Positions 17,645 through 25,710 of a stretch of DNA of 64,000 nt are shown here, piece by piece; the stretch's first letter is position 1, and each line of letters starts with the position of its first letter. The position numbers and the translations under genes were made by a program. Origin of the DNA: a bacterium (lineage in GTDB: Bacteria; Patescibacteriota; Gracilibacteria; UM-FILTER-43-11); NCBI GenBank assembly GCA_030427295.1, contig JAUHWS010000001.1, forward strand, positions 14,079-78,078, written 5' to 3'. Under the pieces are notes generated by a model. The model did no database searches, was not told the origin of the DNA, and was given only the letters and a program-made list of their open reading frames with translations.

Positions 17645-18952
17645 ATGCTCGACAAAATTAAAAACCGTCAGTCAAGCATCACGACCAAAATTGTGGTGAT
17701 TGGTGTTTTAGTGGTAGCCTTAATGATTCCCGCAGTCTTCATTCAAGGGCTCGTGTCCGAACGCAAGTCTCGCCAAGCCGAAGCCATGATGGACGTGAGT
17801 CAAAAATGGGGCACCTATCAAGTGGTTGAAGGCCCTGTGATCACCGTGCCCTATGCCCGATTCCCCATTACCGAAGACAATGCGGCCAATCAACTCCTTG
17901 GAACCGTCCACATCCTTCCCGATGAGCTAAGTGTCAACGGAGAAGTTCTTCCCGAAATCCGCTCTCGAGGCATTTTCGATGTGCCACTTTACACCACAGA
18001 CCTCAACGTCTCAGGAACTTTTTCAAAAAACACCTCAGAATTCCCCGTGCCCGAGGAGCAGATTTTGTGGGACCAGGCTAAAATTTCCATGGGAATTTCT
18101 GATATCCGAGGGTTGCGTGAGCAAGTTGAAATGGATTTTGATGGCAATAAAGTCACTCTCGAATCAGGCATGACTGAAAAACAGCTATTCGATTCGGGTG
18201 TGGGCGTTGACCTTTCTTCATTTGGAAAGAAAAGCACTCACGAATTTTCAATCGACCTTATGTTGAACGGAAGTGAAATGCTCGACTTCGTTCCGATGGG
18301 AAAAGAGAGTAAGGTTACCCTCAATTCTGCGTGGCAAGACCCTAGTTTTGATGGCTCCTTTTTGCCCACCGAACACGAAATTACTGAAGATGGCTTCAAG
18401 GCCAGCTGGTCTATTTTGGATGTGAATCGTAACTATCCTCAAGTGTGGATCGACGAAACCTATCCAACTCACGAGTCCCAGTTCGGCGTGAAATTATTCA
18501 TGCCAGTGGATCATTATCAACAAACAACTCGCTCAGTTAAATATGCAATTTTGTTCATCGTTCTCACTTTCTTAGCTTTCTTTTTAGTCGAGGTGCTCAA
18601 TCGCTACCGCATTCACCCGATTCAATACCTGTTGGTTGGATTTGCCATCGTCCTATTCTATCTTCTCCTCCTTTCACTCTCCGAACATCTAGGCTTCCAA
18701 ACCGCTTACCTAGTCGCTTCAGTTGCTACTGTAGGGATGGTCAGTCTCTATGCCGGTAGTATGCTCCACATCCGACGCCTGGGCTACCTGATTGGCTTAT
18801 TTTTAGCCGTGCTTTATGTTTTCCTTTACTTCCTGCTTCAGATGGAAGACCTGGCTCTGGTTCTAGGTAGTGTAGGGCTCTTCATCATCCTTGGCTTGGT
18901 CATGTTCCTGACCCGCAACATCGATTGGTATGCCATGAAGAGCGGAGAATAA
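17645..18952 (+). CDS. creD: CreD-family inner-membrane protein
   Basis: N-terminal TM helix followed by GLVSERKSRQ, a periplasmic domain and C-terminal multi-TM region typical of CreD. Confidence 0.75.
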   Translation: MLDKIKNRQSSITTKIVVIGVLVVALMIPAVFIQGLVSERKSRQAEAMMDVSQKWGTYQVVEGPVITVPYARFPITEDNAANQLLGTVHILPDELSVNGEVLPEIRSRGIFDVPLYTTDLNVSGTFSKNTSEFPVPEEQILWDQAKISMGISDIRGLREQVEMDFDGNKVTLESGMTEKQLFDSGVGVDLSSFGKKSTHEFSIDLMLNGSEMLDFVPMGKESKVTLNSAWQDPSFDGSFLPTEHEITEDGFKASWSILDVNRNYPQVWIDETYPTHESQFGVKLFMPVDHYQQTTRSVKYAILFIVLTFLAFFLVEVLNRYRIHPIQYLLVGFAIVLFYLLLLSLSEHLGFQTAYLVASVATVGMVSLYAGSMLHIRRLGYLIGLFLAVLYVFLYFLLQMEDLALVLGSVGLFIILGLVMFLTRNIDWYAMKSGE

Positions 18953-18967
18953 TCTGTCTCAATCACC

Positions 18968-19008
18968 AAAAAACTGGAGTTCTACTTTTGTCAGAGCTCC
19001 AGTTTTTA
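18968..19008. terminator. Bidirectional intrinsic terminator between convergent creD and the relE-like gene
   Basis: aaaaaaCTGGAGttct..agaGCTCCAGttttt: the stem is flanked by an A-run and a T-run. Confidence 0.7.
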
Positions 19009-19014
19009 AATAGC

Positions 19015-19296
19015 TCAATAGACTTCGTCGTGTGAACCAATGTTAAGCAGCCAAATTCCATCTTTTTTTCGTCGAAAAATAACTCTTAGGTCGTAAGTCA
19101 GTGAAAAAGCATAACGGTCTTTCATATCACCCTTTAATTTGTGTATTTTTAAAGATTCTGATTGAAATTCAAGGTGAGATAAAAGCGCAATGGCGTTTAA
19201 CAATAGTGAGATGACTGAAGGTCTTTTCTTAATTAGCTTCTGAAAATTTCGATCAAATTGCTTACTGATTTTTATGACAATCCTCATTTGCTTCAA
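19015..19296 (-). CDS. RelE/YafQ-family type II toxin (mRNA interferase)
   Basis: HKLKGDMKDRYAFSLTYDLRVIFRR..LLNIGSHDEVY, a RelE/ParE-superfamily C-terminal pattern. It overlaps the upstream antitoxin gene. Confidence 0.75.
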   Translation of the reverse strand: MKQMRIVIKISKQFDRNFQKLIKKRPSVISLLLNAIALLSHLEFQSESLKIHKLKGDMKDRYAFSLTYDLRVIFRRKKDGIWLLNIGSHDEVY

Positions 19297-19585
19297 TTAT
19301 TGTTTCAAAATGTTTTTCTAATGCTTCTATGCTATTAAAAGAGCCCGCAACTTTCCCTCGTTCCATGTCACGTTCAGCTTCCAAAGTTTCTTGTACAAAC
19401 AATTCGTGCTTCAAATCCTTGATCATCTCATGGAGTCGATTGAGCTCGTTAATATCGATCATGGCGACGTCAAATTCCGAATGAGTTAAAACAGGCACGA
19501 CCTTCTCTTTTTTAACCCGTTCTAAAAGCGATTTAGGATCCCGCCGCATGTCGGTAACGGTGGCAGGTTGGACAATATAAGTCAT
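19262..19585 (-). CDS. Phd/YefM-like type II antitoxin
   Basis: N-terminal ..TVTDMRRDPKSLLERVKKEKVVPVLTHSEFDVAMIDINELNRL (Phd/YefM-like). It lies directly upstream of the toxin and overlaps it. Confidence 0.65.
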   Translation of the reverse strand: MTYIVQPATVTDMRRDPKSLLERVKKEKVVPVLTHSEFDVAMIDINELNRLHEMIKDLKHELFVQETLEAERDMERGKVAGSFNSIEALEKHFETIIEANEDCHKNQ

Positions 19586-19737
19586 TTTGCGATATTTATT
19601 GCTAATATTTGTATTATATATGATGCTATATTTAATGTCAAATTTAGTGCTATTTTTAAGTTATCCTAGTTCAATAGCTCAAAAACTAAGCAGTTCCTCT
19701 ATTTGTAGTGAAATGACAGTTAGAGCCAACTACACAA

Positions 19738-19780
19738 TGTCATTCCACACCGAAGCGAAGCGGAAAGCGTGGAATCGTCC
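19738..19780 (+). repeat. GTCATTCC-hairpin-GGAATCGTCC element
   Basis: tgtcattccacaccgaagcgaagcggaaagcgtggaatcgtcc. Confidence 0.8.
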
Positions 19781-19794
19781 ATAAGCTAAAGCAC

Positions 19795-20084
19795 TCAATA
19801 CCAATTCTCTGACAGATCCTTCCACTCAGGATTATTTTTTTCAATCAAATCCGTTTTCCATTTCCGTTTATACCGCTTGAATTGTTTTTCTCTTCGAATG
19901 GCTTCGGATACATCGTTCGTTTCCTCAAAATACACCAACCTGTTGATGCTGTATTTAGCAGTGAAACCATTGGGGTTTAATTTTTCCTTATGCTGACTCT
20001 AGCTAAAAGATTATTGGTGACTCCAACGTAGATGGTTTTATGCTCATTGGCCAAGATGTAGGTGTAGTAAGTTTTTTCCTTCAT
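19795..20084 (-). pseudogene. Frameshifted GIY-YIG nuclease superfamily gene (UPF0213/YhbQ-like)
   Basis: The minus strand reads MKEKTYYTYILANEHKTIYVGVTNNLLAR, then a stop. Another frame continues SQHKEKLNPNGFTAKYSINRLVYFEETNDVSEAIRREKQFKRYKRKWKTDLIEKNNPEWKDL. The frame break is at about 19995-20000. Confidence 0.75.
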
Positions 20085-20127
20085 TTGGTACAGGAAAAGT
20101 ATTGAGTAAGGATGAATTATAGTCATT

Positions 20128-20159
20128 GGACGATTCCATGGTCAAGCCATGGAATGACA
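20128..20159 (-). repeat. GTCATTCC-hairpin-GGAATCGTCC element (inverted orientation)
   Basis: The reverse complement reads tgtcattccatggcttgaccatggaatcgtcc. Confidence 0.8.
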
Positions 20160-20197
20160 ATCAAAAATTTAAGCTCAAAAATAAAAATAATTACAAA

Positions 20198-20240
20198 TGT
20201 CATTCCACACCGGAGCAAAGCGGAGAGCGTGGAATCGTCC
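20198..20240 (+). repeat. GTCATTCC-hairpin-GGAATCGTCC element
   Basis: tgtcattccacaccggagcaaagcggagagcgtggaatcgtcc, near-identical to 19738-19780. Confidence 0.8.
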
Positions 20241-20312
20241 CAATACAAATTTCCTAACCCTTTGCTTGCACCCACCCTTCTGCTATCATGTTTTCCGACT
20301 AACTTGATCGAC

Positions 20313-21359
20313 ATGCAATCCAAAATTGAATCCCTCAAAAAAGACACCCTCACGGCTTTAGAAAAGGCTAAAACCGAAGACGAGGTACGCGAGCTCGAGA
20401 TCAAATATTTAGGTCGAAAAGGGCCGTTCAGCGATCTGATGCGTGGACTCAAAGACCTCTCCGATGAGGAAAAGCGAACCGTAGGAAAGTTAGCCAACAT
20501 GGTGAAAAAAGAATTAGAGCTCGCGGTCCAACAAAAATACGCTGCCCTCGAAACTGCTGCCATGGATGAAATTGTCGAAACGGAGTGGCTCGATGTCACG
20601 GTGCCAGGCAAAAAACCCCAAATGGGACACCGGCACCTCATCTCCAAATTTATCGACGACCTCGAAGTCATTTTTGGACGCATGGGCTTTTCCGTCGCCG
20701 AAGGCCCTGACATCGAAACCGAACACTTCAACTTCGATCAGCTCAACATGCCCGACGACCATCCCGCCCGGGACATGCAAGATACCTTCTGGCTCAAAAA
20801 TTTAGACAAATCCGTCCTCCGCACCCAAACCTCCCCCGTCCAGATCCGCTATATGGAGGCGCATAACCCCCCCCTTCGCATCATCAGCATGGGAAAAACC
20901 TTTCGTAAAGACAGCGATGCCACCCATTCCCCCATGTTCCATCAATGTGAAGGCTTGATGGTCGGCGAAAACATTTCCATCGCTAATCTAAAAGGTGTGA
21001 TGACCGCCTTTCTTCAGCAAGTATTTGAAGACGATTCCATTAAAACCCGTTTTCGCACCAGTTATTTTCCCTTCGTCGAACCCGGGCTCGAAGTCGACTG
21101 CACCTGCCCCATCTGCCATGGTGAAGGTCGTCTCCCGGATCACTCGCCTTGCCGACTCTGCAAACAATGTGGCTGGCTCGAGATTGGCGGAGCAGGGATG
21201 GTTCATCCAAAAGTCCTTGAAAATGTGGGCTATGATCCTCAAAAATTTACCGGTTTTGCCTTTGGAATGGGGCTCGATCGCATGGTGATGATCAAATACC
21301 GAGTCAATCACCTCCGCCTCCTGTTTGAAAATGATTTGAGATTCATTGAACAATTCTAA
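20313..21359 (+). CDS. pheS: Phenylalanine--tRNA ligase alpha subunit
   Basis: Class II aaRS motifs (HPARDMQDTFW, LRTQTSPVQIRYM, FRKDSDATHSPMFHQCEG, GFAFGMGLDRMVMIKY). The ORF opens at 20112, but the first 67 codons translate the hairpin repeats. ATG 20313 (MQSKIESLKKD) is the likely start. Confidence 0.93.
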   Translation: MQSKIESLKKDTLTALEKAKTEDEVRELEIKYLGRKGPFSDLMRGLKDLSDEEKRTVGKLANMVKKELELAVQQKYAALETAAMDEIVETEWLDVTVPGKKPQMGHRHLISKFIDDLEVIFGRMGFSVAEGPDIETEHFNFDQLNMPDDHPARDMQDTFWLKNLDKSVLRTQTSPVQIRYMEAHNPPLRIISMGKTFRKDSDATHSPMFHQCEGLMVGENISIANLKGVMTAFLQQVFEDDSIKTRFRTSYFPFVEPGLEVDCTCPICHGEGRLPDHSPCRLCKQCGWLEIGGAGMVHPKVLENVGYDPQKFTGFAFGMGLDRMVMIKYRVNHLRLLFENDLRFIEQF

Positions 21360-21488
21360 TTCGAATGGTTTACGGATTGCTGCGAATCGCTAACGGATCG
21401 TTTAACGAATAGATTGTCACTCTGAATGCAAACCATTCGTAAGCCATTCGTAAAACAACTCGTTAAACCATGCGTGGAACAATCCGAA
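21360..21488. repeat. Two opposed 11-nt periodic arrays (CGAATGG-type, then CCATTCG-type) filling the whole spacer
   Basis: ttcgaatgg tttacggattg ctgcgaatcg ctaacggatcg tttaacgaatag ... aaaccattcgt aagccattcgt aaaacaactcgt taaaccatgcgt ggaacaatccgaaATG. Confidence 0.85.
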
Positions 21489-22097
21489 ATGAAAAATCAC
21501 TACCAAACCCTCGGCCTCACTCCACAAGCCTCGCACGAGGAGATTAAAAAAGCGTATTTTGACTTAGCCAAGAAATACCATCCCGATGCCGGAGATGCCG
21601 CTGAAGTCCGAAAATTCCACGAGCTCACCGAAGCGTACAAAACCCTGACTGACAAAGAGCTCAGGCAGGCGTATGATCTCAGTTTAAAATCGGGTCTCGA
21701 GCAAATTGACCATGTGGAGGAAGAGCTCACCCAAAAAAACCCCGCTGATCCTCTTTTTTCAAAGCAAAAACGCGAATCTTATCGTGATGAAGAACTCCGT
21801 GAATTTCATCAAAACCGTTTCAAAAAAGCAGTCTTTCGGGTCATCTTGCTTTCCATCATCTTCTCCCTACTCGGTGCCTTTTTCGGAATCTTACTCGAAC
21901 ATCCCACCCTCATCACGGGAACAGCCGGCTTGTTGATTGGGCTCAGCTTATCCATCCGCAAAAATTTTGACCTCAGCTCCTTTTTCCCATCCGCAAAACA
22001 ACAAAAAAAACTCAAGCTCCTCCTTTGGTTTGCCATGACGGTAGGGATTTTATACTTTGTCGGTTTGATTTTATTTAGTATTCTATCAAGTGGATAA
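21489..22097 (+). CDS. J-domain (DnaJ-like) membrane protein
   Basis: J domain NHYQTLGL..EIKKAYFDLAKKYHPD, then 3 TM helices at the C-terminus. The ORF opens at 21426 inside the repeat array; ATG 21489 is preferred. Confidence 0.8.
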   Translation: MKNHYQTLGLTPQASHEEIKKAYFDLAKKYHPDAGDAAEVRKFHELTEAYKTLTDKELRQAYDLSLKSGLEQIDHVEEELTQKNPADPLFSKQKRESYRDEELREFHQNRFKKAVFRVILLSIIFSLLGAFFGILLEHPTLITGTAGLLIGLSLSIRKNFDLSSFFPSAKQQKKLKLLLWFAMTVGILYFVGLILFSILSSG

Positions 22098-22127
22098 GCC
22101 CTCGGATATTTTCTAACATCCAGAATC

Positions 22128-22319
22128 ATGACCTCATTTTTCAAAAAAATCTCACTGCTAATTTCTGTAACCCTTTTTCCAACGATGGCTAATGCTCATT
22201 TGATTGGGGGCCACAGTCATGTGACAGAGGCCACCCACTCAGCGCTTGGGCTGGAGCACTTCTTTTTAGCCGGAGTGGTTGGATTCATCCTATACAGCAT
22301 CATTAAAAAATTAAGTTAA
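22128..22319 (+). CDS. Small His-rich membrane/secreted protein (63 aa)
   Basis: Signal-like N-terminus (..PTMANA), HLIGGHSHVTEATH and a C-terminal TM helix. No family recognised. Confidence 0.4.
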   Translation: MTSFFKKISLLISVTLFPTMANAHLIGGHSHVTEATHSALGLEHFFLAGVVGFILYSIIKKLS

Positions 22320-22323
22320 ATTC

Positions 22324-22824
22324 ATGACAAAAGTTTTTATTGGTTCCGATCACGTTGGATTCGAACTCAAAGAAAAGCTCATTGTTTATTTGCAGGAACT
22401 CGGTTACGACGTCGAAGACAAAGGAGCTTTTGATTACGACAAGGCGGATGATTATCCCGACTTCATCCTTCCCGTGGCGCGTGCTGTGGCTGAAAATCCC
22501 GATGAACATCGCGGCATTGTCATGGGAGGTTCTGGTCAAGGAGAGGCCATGGCAGCCAACGCGGTTAAAGGCGTTCGGGCCGCTCTCTTCTATGCCCCCG
22601 CCTTGCCCGAAGCAGCGGTCGATGTGAGCGGTCGTCAAAGCGAAGACCCCTTCGAAATGATTCGCCTCACGCGCGAGCACAACAACGCCAACGTCCTCTC
22701 TCTCGGGGTCCGATTCCTGACGGAAGAAGAAGCTAAAAAAGCCGTCAAACTTTGGCTCGAAGCCCCATTTACGGAAGAAGAACGACATGTGCGCCGAATT
22801 GATAAATTTAAGGAGGTTTCTTAA
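22324..22824 (+). CDS. rpiB: Ribose-5-phosphate isomerase B
   Basis: KVFIGSDHVGFELKEKL..GIVMGGSGQGEAMAANAVKGVRAAL, RpiB/LacAB family. Confidence 0.9.
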   Translation: MTKVFIGSDHVGFELKEKLIVYLQELGYDVEDKGAFDYDKADDYPDFILPVARAVAENPDEHRGIVMGGSGQGEAMAANAVKGVRAALFYAPALPEAAVDVSGRQSEDPFEMIRLTREHNNANVLSLGVRFLTEEEAKKAVKLWLEAPFTEEERHVRRIDKFKEVS

Positions 22825-22826
22825 AA

Positions 22827-22855
22827 GTGGTTAGGGGTCAGTGGCTAGCGAGTGG
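22827..22855 (+). repeat. Heptamer word array (gtggtta ggggtca gtggcta gcgagtg)
   Basis: Starts 2 nt after the rpiB stop. It is an inverted partner of 23560-23589. Confidence 0.7.
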
Positions 22856-22899
22856 ATTTCTTTTGTGCTAAAATTGAAGCAATTAATATAGCCGTTCTC

Positions 22900-23217
22900 A
22901 TGAATTCAATCGTTCAAAACAAAGACGATTTGTTGGCTCGTTTACTCGAAAAAAGAGCAGAAATTGAAAAGCATGGCATCAGGCGCTTGGGCCTCTTTGG
23001 CTCCTTTATGAAAAACCAGGTCACTCAAGCAAGTGACGTTGATTTTTTAGTGGAATTTCACACAGGGAAAAAAAATTATCAAAATTTTATCGAGTTGGCC
23101 GAGTTCCTAGAATCCCTTTGTCAACGAAGGGTAGAGCTTGTCACCCCAGAATCACTCAGCCCCTACCTTGCCGACAGTATTAACTCCGAAGTCGAATATA
23201 TCCTTGGATCCGATTAA
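22900..23217 (+). CDS. MNT-type nucleotidyltransferase antitoxin
   Basis: RRLGLFGSFMKNQVTQASDVDFLVEF (GS-x10-DxD minimal nucleotidyltransferase motif). ATG 22900 is preferred over the ORF opening at 22852. Confidence 0.85.
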   Translation: MNSIVQNKDDLLARLLEKRAEIEKHGIRRLGLFGSFMKNQVTQASDVDFLVEFHTGKKNYQNFIELAEFLESLCQRRVELVTPESLSPYLADSINSEVEYILGSD

Positions 23218-23530
23218 ATATCTGCAACATATCTTGGACGAAATCCTTTATTTAGAAAAGGCTTCTAAAGATTTGAGCTATGAGAATTTTTTAAAGGATG
23301 AGAATTTAATAAGGGCGTTCGCAAGAAGTCTTGAAATCATAGGTGAAGCCAGCAAAAAAATCCCAGATGAATTTAAGCAGAATCATGAAGAAATTGAGTG
23401 GAAATCCATGGCTGGGATGAGAGATAGGCTCATTCATGATTATTTTGGAGTGGATTTTGAGTTGGTGTGGGATGTGATTAAAAATCATCTGCCCGCCTTG
23501 AAGTTAAAATTGGAAAAATTGATGAATTAA
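23204..23530 (+). CDS. HepT (DUF86) RNase toxin
   Basis: The RDRLIHDY (RxxxxH) HEPN motif. The probable TTG start at 23204 overlaps the MNT stop, a typical MNT-HepT operon arrangement. Confidence 0.85.
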   Translation: MDPIKYLQHILDEILYLEKASKDLSYENFLKDENLIRAFARSLEIIGEASKKIPDEFKQNHEEIEWKSMAGMRDRLIHDYFGVDFELVWDVIKNHLPALKLKLEKLMN

Positions 23531-23559
23531 ATCGAATGTCATTCTCGTTTCGCAAAAAG

Positions 23560-23589
23560 CTAACCACTGATCACTAGCCACTATCCACT
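23560..23589 (-). repeat. Heptamer word array (reverse complement: gtggata gtggcta gtgatca gtggtta)
   Basis: Runs directly into the rpe ATG at 23590. Inverted partner of 22827-22855. Confidence 0.7.
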
Positions 23590-24216
23590 ATGCAATTAAA
23601 AATCACCCCCTCCATCCTCGGCATCGACTATGGTCGGATGAATGAACATCTAGCCGAACTCGCGCCGCATTCCGACATGTTTCATGTGGATGTGATGGAT
23701 GGCAATTTTGTCCCAAATCTGACGATCGGGGCGCCTGTGGTGGCTTGTATCAAAACCGAGGTACCGCTCGACTGCCATTTGATGATCCGCAATCCACACC
23801 GTTACATCGAGGATTTTGCCAAGGCCGGGGCGGCCTCGATCACCATCCATGCCGAGGCCAGTTTGCATCTGGCTCCCGATGTAGAAAAAATCAAAAAAGC
23901 CGGTTGTAAGGCCTGCGTAGCCATCAGCCCGGACACCCCGGTTGAAAAAATCTCAGCCGTCTTGCCCATGCTCGACATGGTGCTGGTCATGTCCGTGGTT
24001 CCCGGTTTTGGAGGCCAAGCCTTCATTCCCGAAGTCCTCGACAAGGTCCGTTGGATCCGCGAACACTACCCCGAACTCGACATTCAAATCGACGGAGGCA
24101 TCAACGACAAAACCGCCCCGCTAGCCATCGAAGCCGGCGCCAACGTCCTCGTCGCAGGGTCCTACATCCTCAAATCTGAGGATTATGGGAAGGCGGTGGA
24201 GAGCCTAAAAAAATAA
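23590..24216 (+). CDS. rpe: Ribulose-phosphate 3-epimerase
   Basis: PSILGIDYG, FHVDVMDGNFVPNLTIG, VMSVVPGFGGQAFIP, DGGIN. Confidence 0.93.
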   Translation: MQLKITPSILGIDYGRMNEHLAELAPHSDMFHVDVMDGNFVPNLTIGAPVVACIKTEVPLDCHLMIRNPHRYIEDFAKAGAASITIHAEASLHLAPDVEKIKKAGCKACVAISPDTPVEKISAVLPMLDMVLVMSVVPGFGGQAFIPEVLDKVRWIREHYPELDIQIDGGINDKTAPLAIEAGANVLVAGSYILKSEDYGKAVESLKK

Positions 24217-24227
24217 TGTAAATCAAA

Positions 24228-24794
24228 ATGAACCTGAAGAAAATTTTTTTTGGAGAACCTGAAACACCAAGTTATATTCTTCATGTGGCAGTTAGTCCGC
24301 TTTTTTTAAAGAATGCCAAAGCTGAATGGACTCATTTAAGAGTTTTTAAACTTAAAAAAGAAGGTTTAGAAATAAATTGGGATCCAAAAAGAAAGGATTT
24401 TGGCCAAATACTTCTTGATGATCGCTATGAAGAAAAGAGCTATGAAATAAGTTTATCAGGAAAATCAGTGACTTTTATTGATAAACGGGTAAAAAATAGC
24501 GAAAAATATTATACAGTTTTTTATTCTGACTTTATTGACTTTATTGTTCGTAGTTATCAAAAAGGGAAGTTGTCAGTTGAAATTAAAGACTTTTTAAAAT
24601 TTGCAGAATCTACATATGATAAAAAATATTTTGAAGCTAACTATAATTTAAAAAAAGAATATGAAGAGCTCTACTCCATTAACTATCTTGCTAAAATGAA
24701 AATGGAGGGTAGTGGCTACAGAGATTCAAATTCAATTAGGCTAATAATGCAAGACATCTTTGAAATTAGTATCGCAACATACAACATAATTTAG
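24228..24794 (+). CDS. Hypothetical protein, markedly AT-rich gene
   Basis: 188-aa Lys/Tyr/Ile/Asn-rich ORF. Its base composition is visibly more AT-rich than the flanking genes. Confidence 0.5.
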   Translation: MNLKKIFFGEPETPSYILHVAVSPLFLKNAKAEWTHLRVFKLKKEGLEINWDPKRKDFGQILLDDRYEEKSYEISLSGKSVTFIDKRVKNSEKYYTVFYSDFIDFIVRSYQKGKLSVEIKDFLKFAESTYDKKYFEANYNLKKEYEELYSINYLAKMKMEGSGYRDSNSIRLIMQDIFEISIATYNII

Positions 24795-24954
24795 CTAGAA
24801 CCAAAGTTGATCTATTAGATTTTTCAAGTTGAGACATGCTCTTTGGTAGAACGTGTCTGTTCCTCGGTAAGTTCAGACTCCAGCCCTCCTCTTGATTATT
24901 TTATAAATGCACTCTATTTTGTACACAAATAAGTACATTTTAACGTACCTAATC

Positions 24955-25191
24955 ATGCTACCCATCATCGTCTCACCCACCACATTCCGTCGAAAACTAG
25001 CTCACTACCTCGATCTTGCCGCCCATCAAATCGTCGTCGTGACCGATAAAGAATCCAACAAAGTCATCCTAGACGAAAGGGAATACAATCGCTTGTGTCG
25101 CCTCAGTCAAAGCCATCCTCAAACCCTCAAACGCCGAAAATATCCGCGCTCCCGCCTACTAGCCGGACGACGAGGAAAGCTTAAATCATAA
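24955..25191 (+). CDS. Possible orphan Phd/YefM-like antitoxin-fold protein
   Basis: MLPIIVSPTTFRRKLAHYLDLAAHQIVVVTDKESNKVILDEREYNRL resembles Phd/YefM N-domains, with a basic C-terminal tail. No toxin gene is adjacent. Confidence 0.4.
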   Translation: MLPIIVSPTTFRRKLAHYLDLAAHQIVVVTDKESNKVILDEREYNRLCRLSQSHPQTLKRRKYPRSRLLAGRRGKLKS

Positions 25192-25194
25192 AGC

Positions 25195-25572
25195 ATGAAA
25201 AAATGGACCGTTCACATATGGGACGAAGGAAAATATGTTGACCTCTGGACGCTCAATCACACTCTAGCCGGCTCACTGCCTGCAGGTGTCATCTTTTTTC
25301 TAGACATGCCCTACAGCTATGGATTCCTATTCACGGTCATAGTGGCACTAGCTTGGGAAGTCATCGAATTGACACTCGGCATTCGTGAACAAGCTTGGAA
25401 TAAATTTTTTGATGTCATCACAGCCATTCTTGGTTTCATAGGAACCTATGAGCTCATGGCAAAAAATGTCCTCAACAACAAAATTCTCTTCATCATACTC
25501 CTAGCAATTTACGTCATTTTAGAGCTGTGGGGATACTTAACAGTCAAGTGGCGGCATCAGAAAGAAAGTTAG
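25195..25572 (+). CDS. Small integral membrane protein (3-4 TM)
   Basis: Hydrophobic segments; no family recognised. Confidence 0.5.
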   Translation: MKKWTVHIWDEGKYVDLWTLNHTLAGSLPAGVIFFLDMPYSYGFLFTVIVALAWEVIELTLGIREQAWNKFFDVITAILGFIGTYELMAKNVLNNKILFIILLAIYVILELWGYLTVKWRHQKES

Positions 25573-25710
25573 CATTAAGTCTTTTATAAAATAGAAACCA
25601 GACGCAAGTATTTCCTTTTTTGAAATATGGTTTTTTGCATCTCCACACAGGCTATGAAAGTAATCTTGACATAATTAATAAAATAATTTATTTTAATTTT
25701 CACATAATAA

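Noticed and set aside
20112-20312. A 67-codon N-terminal extension of pheS.
   Set aside because: The extension translates the GTCATTCC hairpin repeats (..NVIPHRSKAESVESS..). PheS homology begins at the ATG at 20313.
22128-22319. Assignment of the small His-rich membrane protein to a cobalt/nickel transporter accessory subunit (CbtB-like).
   Set aside because: It rests only on a loose compositional resemblance. No transporter partner gene is adjacent, so the protein is left as hypothetical.
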